A stretch of DNA of 63,551 bases, filler included, from Rhabdomonas costata (GCA_019059605.1; 22 parts of 22 records of this genome joined end to end with filler, not necessarily neighbours in it), one strand, 5' to 3'. Positions 38,392 to 51,080 are shown, numbered from the whole stretch's first letter. The notes: generated by a model not told the origin, from the letters alone. Program-made: numbers and translations.

Positions 38392-39913
38392 CTCCATCAG
38401 GACTTGCAGGACAATCGTCAAGTCCAGCTTGCCCCTCTGGTGCTCCGCGAACCACCGCAGGGCCTGGTCCGTGAACTGCTGGTGCAGCCCCAGGTGGTTG
38501 CTGTACACCGGGTACTCAATTGTCTGCATCAGCTTTGGTCATCCGAAAGAGGGAAATGGACAACCATTACAAGCAAGTGCAAGAAGGGCACAAGTGAAAA
38601 GTGATGCGTCAGCCAACCAGAACTTTCTTGGGTGGGGGCAGTTGCTGATAATCCACACCAGTATATAAAAATGAGAGCCTTTCCCCAAGTGCGCAGGTGA
38701 GGTCCCACTCAGAGCAATCGCCCTCGGCCCTTCCCTTTTTCTTAGACGTCTCGGTACCCCTACCCCCATGCCAATCCTCGTGACATGCAGAGCTGCAAAC
38801 ACAAGCAAGAAAACTCGTGAAGGGGGTTGTTTGATGTCTCAAGCAGACAGAGCAAGGGATCGCTACGCTAAAATTTCCGAGCTCCGCGAGGTTTTGTGGC
38901 ATCCGCATAGATTTAAGGGTGGACTCACCAAACCCAACAAAGCACAAAAACAACTTTCTGACAGTGAAAGCCCGTAAACGGGACTGGAAGCGTTTCTTCC
39001 GGAAAAGGAAGGTCATGACAGACGTCAAAGATGGTATGCCCTCTGAGTGTGAACGTGGATTGGGGGGAGGGGGACGACAGTGACGTTGGGGTTGAGGAGG
39101 ACGCACCATTTGCTCACACTCGAAGTGGTCGAAGCAATAGTCCACCAGCCCCTTCAGCACCTTGGTAATCATCGCATTCTCTGCCTGTGAGACCACTGCC
39201 AGCCGAAGATCCTCGATCATCTCAAACAGCCTCAGGTGCTGTGCAGGTAAAAAAGAGCAAGCGAGCAAACGAAAAACAACGGGACGCGAAGTCGCTATCA
39301 CACGAAAAAACAACCATTGCAACGAATGCGGCGACCAACGCATTGTCGCGGTGCAAACTCAAAGGCACAAAACTGGTGATCAATCAGGAGAGCGCTTGAG
39401 GCGGAGTCTGACGCAATGTGCCAAACACACACACACACATGCACACCAAAAACCGTCTTCAGGGAAGAAAAAAGACGGCACCAAACCAAACGGCAAGCTG
39501 CAAGTGCAGACAGATATAAATCGTTTGGTTTTCTAGCTTATTGGTGTACTTACGGGTGTAGCTTTGCTTCCCAAATGAAAGCGGGCACCGTCCATCACTT
39601 CACCCATTCCCTCCCAATCCCTCCTCCTTTCACTCCCTTCACTTTCTCAGTCCTAAGGGTTCCCTTGAAAGAACTCACGGAATATAGCCCTTAAATGCAG
39701 AGCTTAGCCCTGTTTTAATTTGGGTATTGACACTCCAGCACTGACAACTCGGGTAGCGCGGGGTTGTGACCAAACAGGGCATATGTGCAACCGAAATTTT
39801 TTTTGTGTGTGTGGGGGGGCGCTACGTGCCTGTGAGTCGATCAGAGGAATCCCTACAGCCCAGTCCTCACAGTAGCGGATGGGCTTGTTGATATCCATAA
39901 TACTCTGCGCCAT
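38392..39913 (-). CDS. Hemerythrin (bacteriohemerythrin-like); exons 39913-39830, 39238-39107, 38532-38392, final exon not found
   Basis: WAVGIPLIDSQ|HLRLFEMI...LVDYCFDHFECEQM|LMQTIEYP.YSNHLGLHQQF, giving the H..HxxxE..HxxxH di-iron ligand pattern. The first intron has a GC donor. Confidence 0.92.
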
Positions 39914-41329
39914 TGTGGCGAAACGCTCGAAAGGATGCACACACGAAAAAAAAAAGGGGGGGGGGTGCAAGGCGGAGAGAGGAGTGCGAGAAGAGAGGAA
40001 GTAAAAACAAAGACAGCGAAAACCTAACAGAGGAGCTGAAGTACGGAGGGAAATAGCAGAATCACGAGTAACATTGTGGAAATAAAAAACAAAAAGAACG
40101 TTTCAAATCGAGTGAGCGGCTTTCTAGTAAAAGGGCCACACCAATGGGGCTGAAGGCCGGGAAGATCCATTTGCTTGCTCATGCTCTCATTACTGTGGAG
40201 CCGGTCCCATTCCCTCGCTCAAAACCACCGTTTGGAAGGGGATTCGAAGGGATAACTTGGCAGAATTGCAGTTGAATAAGGTGCTCCATCCACCACCTGA
40301 GGGGGATGGATTCTTTGCGATCGTACCAAAAGGAAACGAACGGGGAAAGGGAAAAGGAGGAAAGAGGGAACGTGAAGGTACAATTTTGCAGATCTGAGGA
40401 TCACAGAGTATGAAAGCGTGCGTGCGTACCCAAAAAAGGAANNNNNNNNNNNNNNNNNNNNNNNNNNNNNNNNNNNNNNNNNNNNTTAATTAATTAANNN
40501 NNNNNNNNNNNNNNNNNNNNNNNNNNNNNNNNNNNNNNNNNTTGTTTTGGTGTACGGCTGTGACAGGATTATTCAAGGCAGACAAACCTGCCGACGCGGC
40601 TGAGGTGGGGGCGCTGCCTCGGAGACGGGTTGCCCTTTTTGTGACTGCAGTTGGGGTTGACTCGTGTAATTTTTTTTAGCCAAGCTTGTCGGAGAGGTTG
40701 AATCGTGGAATCGTACTTCTCGGCCTTTTGTTCTTTAGTCTTTTCCGTCCATTGTTCTGATTTCTTCCCTTCCCTTCTCTTCTTTCCATTTTGTGCTGAA
40801 AATGATCAGCGATAGCACCTTGTCTATCCTTGCCAACTGGATGGGCTTTGTCATTGTCGCACTCCTCGCGGCCTATCACTATCTCACCGTAGAAAAGGAC
40901 GCGTGAGCTGCGGTGGTGAGACATTGGGCCTTTCCCCTAGGCCAGCATGGCTTCGTGATGCGCTGGTCTCTCCAGCAGCCCCGACTCTGGGCGGTTTCCC
41001 CCTGGTTTCCATCCACGAGGATGCTTCTCACTTGTGTGTCACTACTGTGTTTTGGACGCTAAGTTTCTTTTGGGTGGTGCTTCTGTGGTCGATTCTGATG
41101 TAAGCGTCATTCACCATTTTCTGTGGTAGCACTTATGCGGAATAGTCGTTCGTGTCGTGGCATACGTCGGGTACTGACCCATGAAACGTCGTTGTTTGTT
41201 TGGTCGTTGTTGCTCCCAATTATCAAGTTTCCTTGATAAAAATGCGCTTCAAACATATGGCTGGCATCGCTCGCTAAAACCAGCAAGTGTGACGGAGTTG
41301 TTTTGAGAATCCACTTGCACGCGGTAACA

Positions 41330-41490
41330 ACTACAACAACTACAACACCTACAACGGAAGCCGAAAGCGTGGAACGCCGCCAAATCATGGGAATGCCAAT
41401 GGGTATACCAGCTGCGCTTCAAATCGCCAGCCTGACCCGTTACCCAGTGAAAAAAAGCACGCTTACAAGCTAGGTCAGGGATTGTCGGAT
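41330..41490 (+). mobile_element. Penelope-like RT fragment (motif B' region)
   Basis: RRQIMGMPMGIPAALQIASLTRYPVKK/HAYKLGQG aligns with RKIKGMPMGMPYAPQIASLAYHHVEKAQAYRIGTG of the 45.5 kb copy. Confidence 0.8.
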
Positions 41491-41635
41491 TCCGCACTCA
41501 CCGAACAGAGGCGACATTCAACGGCATGTTAAAGGAACAGTCTCTTTGTCACACTGTTTTTGCCACTTTTTCTGAAGGGGGAAATGCTAACCCCACCATT
41601 TTTTCCGTCCCCCAGACATCGGCCTTGCCATGTGC

Positions 41636-42450
41636 TCAAACGTGCGTGGGAAGTTTTGAAAGTAGGTTTAGGAGGTTGTTGCTGGGGGTTTTATGTGGGT
41701 TTTTGGATGCGGGTATTTGTTGTGGTTGTGTAAGCGGTTGTGTTCTTTGCAACGGTGGTGCGATGACTCCTTTTTCGTACTTCTGTGCATTATCTATGTT
41801 TGATTGGTAACGGCGTTCTGAAAAGATGTTCCGGCGGATTTCCCGCATGATTCTATAGGCCTTTTCTAGAATGCGGCGGACTTGCTTCCACACATTGGGG
41901 TGCGCTCGGTCTCAATAAGTCTCAGTCTCCGGAGTCTCACGAACACCGCTTTCAAAGAAGCAGGCCTTTTGTGCGTCCAGAAAATCGCATATTTTCTTGC
42001 AATCGATTTCCAAGGGTCTAACCGGGCATCAAATAGACCGCTACATTTCAACAGCTTGTTGGGCCAAAGTGGGCGTTTTGAATGTTTTGGCCACCCGTCG
42101 TTTTTGCGCCGTACGTCCGATCACACCGCAGGTGCATGCTGGCATTTTGGTTGCGCTCTTTTCCCTTATCCTTTTGTGGCGCAGACTTGAGTTTGCAAGT
42201 CTAGAGATAAAATGGGGTATTTCGCCTGAAAAAATCAGACGCCGTTTTTGCAAGGCGAATCGATCGAAAGAAAAAGTATCAGTTGAAACGGCGGAAGCTG
42301 CCAGCGAAGGGGCGGATGAATTGTGGAGGCAACGCTGTGCTCCAGCGAATTGATTAATTTATGTTAAACGCCGACACCGAAACCGGCGCTGCCTCTTCGG
42401 CAATCCTGTTCAATGGGTCATCATGTTGGGTAACAAGGAGGGCCATTGCA
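41636..42450 (-). mobile_element. Possible Penelope-like RT thumb/C-terminal relic
   Basis: IRWSTALPPQF...FFFRSIRLAKTASDFF/EIPHFISRL resembles the PLE thumb pattern (RaxRicS..F..E...i..L). Frameshifted, and no catalytic motif was seen. Confidence 0.35.
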
Positions 42451-43591
42451 AGAAGAAAAATCGTCTCGACCTCGCTTCCGTAAGAAGCGAGATGAAACGA
42501 TGGGAAAAGCACCCACGAATGCACCACGTCGCCAGGGTATGTGAAGAAAGAGAAACGAAACTATGAGGCGCTCTGCCTTTTGTGTGTGGCTACCATTACA
42601 GGGGTGTTAGAGAGTGACGCACGTATTTCCGCGCATTCTGGCGAAGAGGGCAGGACGGATGAAAACTTGGTGATGCCAACTTCATCTGTGGTTGGGAACT
42701 GGTGCCCAGCTTTAAGGATATGACATCTCTGAACTTTCATTGGAGCGCATTAAAACAGCATTGGGAAAGGTTCTCTGGGTAAATTAGATTGGCGCTTGGA
42801 AGTCCAACACATCCACTGCCATGAGTGAATGAACGGTCCCGGCTGATGACGCTTTTGTTGATTCATGCGGATTGGAAAGAAAAGGAGAACCAGAGGATGG
42901 TTTCTGGTTAGCTTTAGGTTTTGGGTGTTAAATAGGGTTAGAAATGGGGTTGGAACGCCCCAGCGCTGCCGTTGCCCAGCAGCCCTCCTCGAAGGCATGC
43001 GTGCGGATCTGTCCTCCCACAGATTCTTCCACCATGCTCCCGCCCAGCCTCAGATCAAGCGCATTCCCCAGCATTACCTCCATCGCTACCACCTGCACCA
43101 CCACTTCCCTTCTCCGGCTTCCACCGGGAGCTGCCCACCGGTCACCATTGCCCCCTCAACGGCGGTGTTTGTGGGACCCAACCATCCGGGCACTCCAGTG
43201 TCGGCACCACGTACGTCTGACATTTCTACACTTCTCAGTCCTCAGGTGCATATAGAGTTATCTTTATTCTCTGACGCGTCTGCACTCAGGCACCTCGTAC
43301 ACCCCCCCTTCTTTGCTTCTTTGCCTGACCTACCGNNNNNNNNNNNNNNNNNNNNNNNNNNNNNNNNNNNNNNNNNNNNTTAATTAATTAANNNNNNNNN
43401 NNNNNNNNNNNNNNNNNNNNNNNNNNNNNNNNNNNGGTGGGTGGTGGGGACAATAAAGGCGCAATCCCACGCGAACCCCTAAGTGAATGGTTCGCTCTCT
43501 CGCTCTCGTTCTCGCTGATCTCTCTCGTTGTCACCATCAGCGGTTGCTGTCCTACACACTTCAGTACATCTTCGTCTGTACAGCACGTGAA

Positions 43592-46114
43592 TCAGCTTCT
43601 CAACTGCCAGCCTGACAGCCTTTCTGACTGTGCTTGTGAGGAAGCCACCGGGAGGGACGATTCTTCTTGATCTTCCTCGTCTTCACTGTCTGCTTCCAGG
43701 GCAAGCTGCGTCGCGTGCTTGATATGCTCCTTCCAGCGCAGCTGCAGTTGGCGAGACCGCAGCCAGATGGAGATGTTGACCAAGGGGCGCTCATTTGTGG
43801 AACATTCCGAGCAGATCTTGTACCGGCTGTCACCCCGAGCGGCCTTGAAGGCCTCATACTTCTGCCGTAACAGTGTGTCCCAGTCTTACTTCGTGGTGTA
43901 AGACAGACGCCTGATGCTCCCATACTTGCTAGACAATGTAGTGGCATGAGTCGAGGTGAGCTGCTCGGAATGGACTTCCTCCTCAACCATCTCGCCATCT
44001 TCGGCTGTTGACTGCCATTACGAGGTGTCCATCATGTCTTTGAGGAGAAGCACGCGGCTAAAAGGCAGCTGCAGAACCGGATCCCATGACTAGGGTTTCT
44101 GGCCTTCCTGCACCACCAGTTTCGCAATCAACCGCCAGTACGACTCCTACTCTTCTTCCATCTCGAAAGAACCAGAGATTATGTCTAAGAGGAGAGATTG
44201 CCTCTGACTATGAGCGGCCGCGTATGTCCCCAATGGCTCGCCGGAACTTCCCACATGGCGAAAGGAGCTGTTGACGCTTACTTGAACTGCTCGGACTTCT
44301 TGCTCCTCCACGACCCTTATCTGCTCCTCTTGTATGAGAAAGAGATCTCCCGCTGTGCCACCCGCTGTTATGCAACAACTGAACCGGCTTCACTGGTGTG
44401 AACCAAAGTCCGCATGCACAGAATCTCAGAGACATCCACATGAGAAGTCCATTGCGGCTGATGGTCCTCGTTTATGGGCTCCAACTCTGACATCTCAGGC
44501 TGAGATACATCTGGTGGTGGTCTGGGCACGTAAGGAACAATAGGGGCCTCGATATAATCGAGGGCCATGGGGTCTCTGTCGGTCCTCCGCTCTTTCTCAC
44601 GTGCGCTCTTCCCGCAAATAAAGTTGACGTTCGGTGGCAAGTTCCACCTCCATCACTGGAGCTTCATGATCAGCTTCAGTTTCCAAATCCACATGCATGT
44701 GTTGTTCTTCAGGTTTGTATGGTTCGGGCTGGTGTCGTTAAGATGGAGGGACCGCGTCGGCGGCGGTGGGCTTGGTGCTGATGCTGATGCTAATGCTTCC
44801 GTTGCCTCTGTCTGGGCGGGCTCCTTTGCGCTCTCTGGCGCGTTAGCTTGGAGTGTGTGGAGCGCCGGACACCAAACACCTGAAGAAACTGGCTTCCGCT
44901 GGCGGCCTGCAATGATGGCGCTGGACTTGTCGGTTCGGGACCGTGTTTGTCGTACGTCATGAGAAAGAACGCCCGGACCTTGGGGAACCACATACAAAGC
45001 TCCTTTACCAGGATGTGGACGGCGTGCCACCTCTGGAAGAGGAAGCGCCTCCAGAAGTTCTATACCATTTGCTTCGAGTACCACGTCAGATGGAATTCCG
45101 AAAAACCGCAGCCACGGATTCCATGAAGTACTCCACATGGCTGCAGGTATCCTGGCAATGCACCAGACGACACATGACTCCTCCAAGTTGTTTTCGTGTG
45201 GCGACTGTGGTGTGATCTTGGTAGCGAACAATGTGGTCATGGTATTACCACTTATAATCATGCACAATGGTGTGGATGACCTTGGTGCAGTCATCCAGCA
45301 CATTCTCATAGACGCGAACACCGAGATATACAACCAAACTCCACTTCGCTGTTGTCTTGTACTCAATGCCGTAGGCGTCTTGCGAGTGGAGTGGCACGCC
45401 TGCAGAGTATATATCGTCGATGTAGTGTCAAACCGCAGGGAACATTCCGGTACCGATACGGTATGCCTGCGCCTTCTCGACATGGTGGTACGCAAGGCTA
45501 GCAATCTGCGGGGCATATGGCATTCCCATTGGCATCCCCTTAATTTTTCGCAGAAAACTACAGCCGAAGTTGACGTAGTTTTGCCCAATCAGGTATGCCA
45601 TGAGTTTGGCGACTTGGGAACGAGTGTAGCCCTGAGTGTAGCCTTTTCCCATATTGGACCACCACTTCGGTGCGATGATCAATTCAAGTGGAGCGCAGTC
45701 TTCCGTCATCCCAGAGTCCCTCTGTGTGACGATGTGCCCCATCTATAGCTTCTATGGTCCGCTGAATCTTCGAACTGAACTGGAAAGAGGTGTGAATTGT
45801 GCAGAAAGCCGTCTCTTTTTAGTTATCTAGCATAACTTCTGCGTTGACGTGAACCATCTGGGTGAAGGCATTCACGCTGTCGATGCCACAGAACGCTTTG
45901 ATCTCCTCATCAGACTGGCGTATCTTATCCTTCTCACACACGGCGTCCTCCAAGTGCTAGAGGATCCTAACGAGGGCTTTATGGGCCTCGCAAATGGGTT
46001 GTTGTGGAGGGCCAGCTGGCTTGCTGGCAGCATCTCTGAGTATTGGTCCTGATCTTGTGCCAGCAATGATACGGAACTTGCCATTGGTTGGCTTCCAGAT
46101 GCGGTAGTTGTAGA
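43592..46114 (-). mobile_element. Penelope-like retroelement, decayed: RT core and thumb plus long C-terminal extension
   Basis: In order: NYRIWKPTNGKFRIIAG; AHKALVRIL; NYVNFG..LRKIKGMPMGMPYAPQIASL; HYIDDIY; VVYLGVRV; RYQD...GGVMCRL..C..TCS....F; RG/YSKQMV. Then a Pro/Ala-rich linker and roughly 1 kb of broken ORF. Several stops and frameshifts. Confidence 0.88.
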
Positions 46115-46328
46115 CCTGAGTGTAGCCTTTTCCCATATTGGACCACCACTTCGGTGCGATGATCAATTCAAGTGGAGCGCAGTCTTCCGTCATCCCAGAG
46201 TCCCTCTGTGTGACGATGTGCCCCAAGANNNNNNNNNNNNNNNNNNNNNNNNNNNNNNNNNNNNNNNNNNNNTTAATTAATTAANNNNNNNNNNNNNNNN
46301 NNNNNNNNNNNNNNNNNNNNNNNNNNNN

Positions 46329-46984
46329 ATGTTGTGGAAACTCTGCGAGGAGAGATTAAAGGGTGTCGCGGAGACCAGGGCCGTCTTCTCAAGCTGGGCG
46401 TTGACCTTCCAATATTCAAGCAAAGGCAGGGTGCTGCTGCTGCTGTTGCCCGTGTCATTGCCGGTGCTATCCGGGTCATACTGCCCCACCTGAAGCTCCC
46501 CGGTCGTGGAATTTCTCCTTACGGAGGCCACTCGCCCGGTGACCGTGATGTAGCTGAAAACCGATGGAGCCGCCATAGAGTTCAGTGTATGGTAGAAGAA
46601 GCGCTGCAGGCTGGTCACACTGGAGTCCACAAGGACCGCGGCGGCCCCCATCTGCGCAGTCGCGGCCATGTCCCGGGTTAGCACGCTTACCTGTGCTGCA
46701 AGCTGCAGCTCCACAACGTCGAAGACCCGGTCGGAGAGCGAGCCCACGGACTTTGAGGCAGTGGAGGAAGTAATTTGCAAAAGCACAACCATGAAGGCTA
46801 TCGCCACAAGCAAGGCTGGGAGAAGACTCAGGAAGAGAGGAACCCCGCGCTTACACGCCTGTGGGTTAGGCGGTGTTGCGCTCGCATGCGCTTCTGTGGG
46901 CACAACTAGCTGAGCTGCCGGCGCGGATATAATATCCGTAGCACCGGAAGAGCGGCGGGTCGCCGCTGTGGTCGGTTCGAACAT
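46329..46984 (-). CDS. N-terminus of a membrane receptor (TM helix plus extracellular sensor-like domain), possibly a receptor cyclase or kinase
   Basis: Open GC3-rich frame from ATG 46984 to the contig edge. It has the hydrophobic helix LFLSLLPALLVAIAFMVVLL followed by a long amphipathic helix and N-glycosylation sequons (NST, NDT, NSS, NLS). The catalytic domain is not in the contig. Confidence 0.6.
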
Positions 46985-49341
46985 TCCCGAGGAGCTGGGT
47001 GGGGGCAAAAAGCTGGAAGAAAGCCGGGCGGGGTTGTTCCTTCTTGGAGAACTCACGGCCGCCCTCCAGCCGTGAAAAGGTTGGAGAACATTGCTAGAGG
47101 AACGAGACATTTTTGTAAGAGGTGAAAGTGGAAAACGAAGAAAGGAAGAAGTTTTGAAAAATTTGTGCCTGCGGGGTGGCAAAAGCGAGAGGGTTGAGCA
47201 ACACCACATTTCTTTGGAGAGGATTGGTCCCATAGGTCTCAGCATGTTTCCGCAGGTTTCCCATCGTACTCTAATGGATATTCGATTCGACATTGGTATG
47301 CCATCGAGCTGGGCCCATATCATATCATGGGCCCGGCAATCTCAAAAGTGGGAAGCTAGAAAGTTAAAGCCTTCGCACAACTTGAAACCAGAACATAAGA
47401 GCTTAAAAAAGAATAAGAATTTTGCTGACAATTGACATTTGCTGACATGGTTTACAACCGAAGTCGAAAAAATAACTTTTTGGTTGCATTTTTTTGCCTC
47501 TCGCTTTTAAGATGGCACGGGTATGTTGAAACACATACTGTGCAGATAAATTTTTAGAGGAGGCCGGGTTGGGGAAGGTCACCTCTGATAGTTCCTTGTT
47601 TGTGGACCAGCCGCACGTGACGCTATGTTGTATTGCTGTCATGCGCTGGCATTGTTTCTACTAACCAAGTCATATCACGTCAAACCCTCAGGCTGCGAGG
47701 GGACAAAGCGGCACAAGAGAGCGGGAGAGATAAAAAGAGCCACCTCAAGGCACAGTCTTCGAACCCTTTCACCGAATATGGAAGACCATCACGAAGACAC
47801 GGCCGCCTTTACAAATTTACGCCTTCTTGGAGTTTTTTCATTGGTTTTTTCCCGGGCATGAAGACTAAAGCTTCTTCATGCAAAAAATCTTAAGCGGCAC
47901 TCAACCGAATCCACTTGATTCCATTGGTGTCACCACCTTGAAAGCGTAAATCAATCGACCGATTTCACAGATGTTTTGCTGGGGAAGGAAGGACAGGCCA
48001 CAGGAAAAAGGCATGAAGGCAGGCGGCTGCAGGCGTGCCGGGCATTCATTATCGGGGCAAGGGAGACACCGAGCCCACTTCAGAACGCGAAAAAGCAGGA
48101 TAAATACCCAAAGGAAGGGAACGCAGAGTTGGAGATGGGACACAACTACCTGGCGTTCTTTATTGTCCGCGAGACAGCAACAACCATGTGAGGATCAGCT
48201 CTGGTGGGGATGGCTTCCGGGGGGCTGGGGATACGGCTTAAAGTTGTTCAACGGTTAGTTGACAGGTGTCCCCCGAGCAAACGTGCTACCAAAAAATACG
48301 TATGCCTTGAGTTTGGTGTGTATGTGTGAATGTGAAATTTCTTGGAATCCCCTCCCCACAAAGGAAAACGTTTCAGTTAATTGGGAGTTAAAAAAGAAAA
48401 AGAAAAATTTGGGAATTTTGTCATTCAACGATATCCATGGCATGCCCGCAAAAACGTGAATTTCGAGTTGATCCAATTTGCTGGATCGAGCGGGCTGGAC
48501 CCTCGCCCGCAGATTATTGATGGTTGACCAGGAAGCATTGGGGCATTGCCGTGGGGCAATTGTTGAATTTTCGAAATTGTGGAGGGATCGCTCCCGAAGG
48601 GATGGGGTGAGGTGAAACATATATTCCCCCTGGACCCTGATTCCCTGGGTTGGCTTGCAGGGCGTTGGATATTTGTTGACATCGTTGATATGATATTCGT
48701 TCGATGTCGGCAAGACGGGCACATGATGACACATACTGTGGGGACAGCCTGGTTCAGTATTTTGTCCCCCCCCCCCCCATTCCAGGGAACCCCAACGTCC
48801 AACTGGTTGACTCTGTCCCCGCATAATACCAGACCCTCAGAATGGATAAACCGGTGCCACAAACACAAAACAAAAAACGCACGGAAAAAGGCAAACGGTA
48901 CAACAGCACAAACTTTCTGGACGAGGTACCGCCCAGCCGGTGAGAAACGACACCACAATGAAAGGAGCGGAACACAGGCCAAAGTGGGCTTCCTCAGCCA
49001 ACGCGGTGGTGGGCGGTGGTGGGAATATCCACTCACGTCCTCCGAGGCTGCAACGCTGAGCCGCAACCTGAAGGGCTCCGGGGGAGAGGGGGTGTCCCCC
49101 AGTTCCCCACAACAAANNNNNNNNNNNNNNNNNNNNNNNNNNNNNNNNNNNNNNNNNNNNTTAATTAATTAANNNNNNNNNNNNNNNNNNNNNNNNNNNN
49201 NNNNNNNNNNNNNNNNGTTGGGTTTGATGGTGGTGAGAACGCCGTGTCAAGTGATAACGCTCGTTGAACTGTGAACCAGGTCCAGGGTAAATTTCCATAT
49301 TTCATATCCACGACGTACCAGTTCTTATCCCCGTTAGCCTC

Positions 49342-51080
49342 TTATGCATAAAGTTGTGGTGGGTCCCGCCCGAAAGCCGCGGAGAGGAGCTGTTGGAGAG
49401 GGATGGTAGGATGTATTGGGGTAACGTTCAGTTCTGGAGTGGGTAGTGGTAAAATTGGTGGCTCCTGCTTTATAGGTTGATTAAGTATTCGTGCAAGCGG
49501 CACGGTTTGGACATGTGCAATAGTTGAGGTAAATGCGCCATCATTTTTCTGATGGGTAGATTTGGATGAATGAAGCACCCATAGGAGCATCTCATCAGGA
49601 GAAATTTTGTGGATAGTAGTGTAATCCAGTTCCCTCCAATGGTGGTGAAGGAATCTCCAAAAGAGGACAAACTTAGTCGAAGTGTTCACGTGATTCATGA
49701 ATGATGAGTTTGCCTTCAAGAGATGGTGAAGGCGAGTGTTCAGAGAGTTTTTTTTGGATTTAGAGGTACTCTTTTTCTTTACCAACGTTTTCCACTGTAC
49801 CAACCCGATTCTTTCATAGTAGGGAACAAATGTGCAAAAAGAAAGCTCGAACTGTGTTTCTTGTGAAAAATTCACTGGTTTTCCATGGGGGTGGTTTGCA
49901 GGTCTAAACAAAATCCTCTGCTACCAGGTGTTGTTGTCCGGTCTCCCGGATCTTTTTACCCCTTTGATTTCAGTTAACAAATGCAACCTCGAGAACTTCT
50001 TCTGGGTATGATCACATCCATTCTATTCTACTGAAGTGAGAATCATCGATGGAAACTTTCACCGGTATGGAATCACAAATTATACGGTAAGTTCAACACA
50101 GGAATATCGAAAAAAGGAGAAGTTACCAACAGGAAAAGAAATCCACGCTGGCTGATTACGAGACGTCGCTTGGCGGTTGGGATTTGGAAGCTCAGAAAGA
50201 GGTGACAGAAAGCCAAGAGGGAACTTACAAGTAAAGTATTTGAAAACTCTCAAAAAAGTAAAAGCTTTGATGGAGATTTATCCTAAAGCCTGATAATTAA
50301 TTTGGAAATCACGGTAGGAAATTATACGACAAAGTTCAGCGGTGTACCTGCATTTTTAATAAATCTAAATCCAGTAAGTTGAAAACACGAAATACTGTAC
50401 AAAACAGTGGCGAAATTTGGATGATGGGATGAAAAGTACAATGCCACGCAAGGGGAATCAAACCAAGATGCGGGTCGAGGCCACTGCGCAGCACAAGTGT
50501 GAAGAAAAGAAATAGCTTGTAAAAACAACTTTGATGTGTCAAATGAAGTGGGTTGTCCAGCCATGAGTTGTCTCGCAAGATGGATGAGGTAAGAAAGAGC
50601 GAGAGAGAGAGAGAGAGAGAGAGAGAATCGGCCAAAAACTTCGACGGGAGTGGAGGAGAATGGAACTTGCCAAGGGGCACAACAGGAAAGAGGATTTTGT
50701 GTGGAAAAGGGTGAATGGGAAAGATGTAAGCGAAATCGATAGAATTTCTGGAGGAACTGGTTGGAGGCACGGATCTGATCCAAAGGGGGTTTTGTGTGGG
50801 CAGAATCCACTGCATAAGAAGGATGCCCCATGGTAAGGCACAAAGGACTGAGGCATCATTGTGATATGAGAAGCAGAATCAACGGAGCTTGAGCTTGAGA
50901 CTGAATTCTGTGTTCTGAGCGGCCTCAACAGTTAGCATCTCGTCCGCTTCCGCGAATCAGCACCGCGCGGGTAGCGGCATTCATAAGTATGGTCATTCGC
51001 AATCGGTTCTTAACGTCATCACCCGCACCCACAGCCGACATGGTTTAGCAACACCATCATAGCGGTTGGATTAGCATAGC
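49342..51080 (-). mobile_element. Decayed Penelope-like RT of a second, divergent subfamily
   Basis: Ordered motifs: SVDSASHITMMPQ (cf. SxDxxSLYTxIP), RQLMAGQPTSFDTSKLFL (motif B'), GFRFIKN (cf. FRFIDD), and KNSLNTRLHHLLKANSSF (thumb-like). Confidence 0.5.

Noticed and set aside
42838-42885. CTGATGA-cgc...gcg as a hammerhead ribozyme
   Set aside because: Stem II is followed by GATT, not GAAA, and there is no cleavage triplet or stem I.
45631-46225. 111-bp exact direct repeat (45631-45741 and 46115-46225) as an LTR/pLTR
   Set aside because: It is an identical copy of internal RT coding sequence at the contig end of an otherwise decayed element, most likely a chimera or misassembly.
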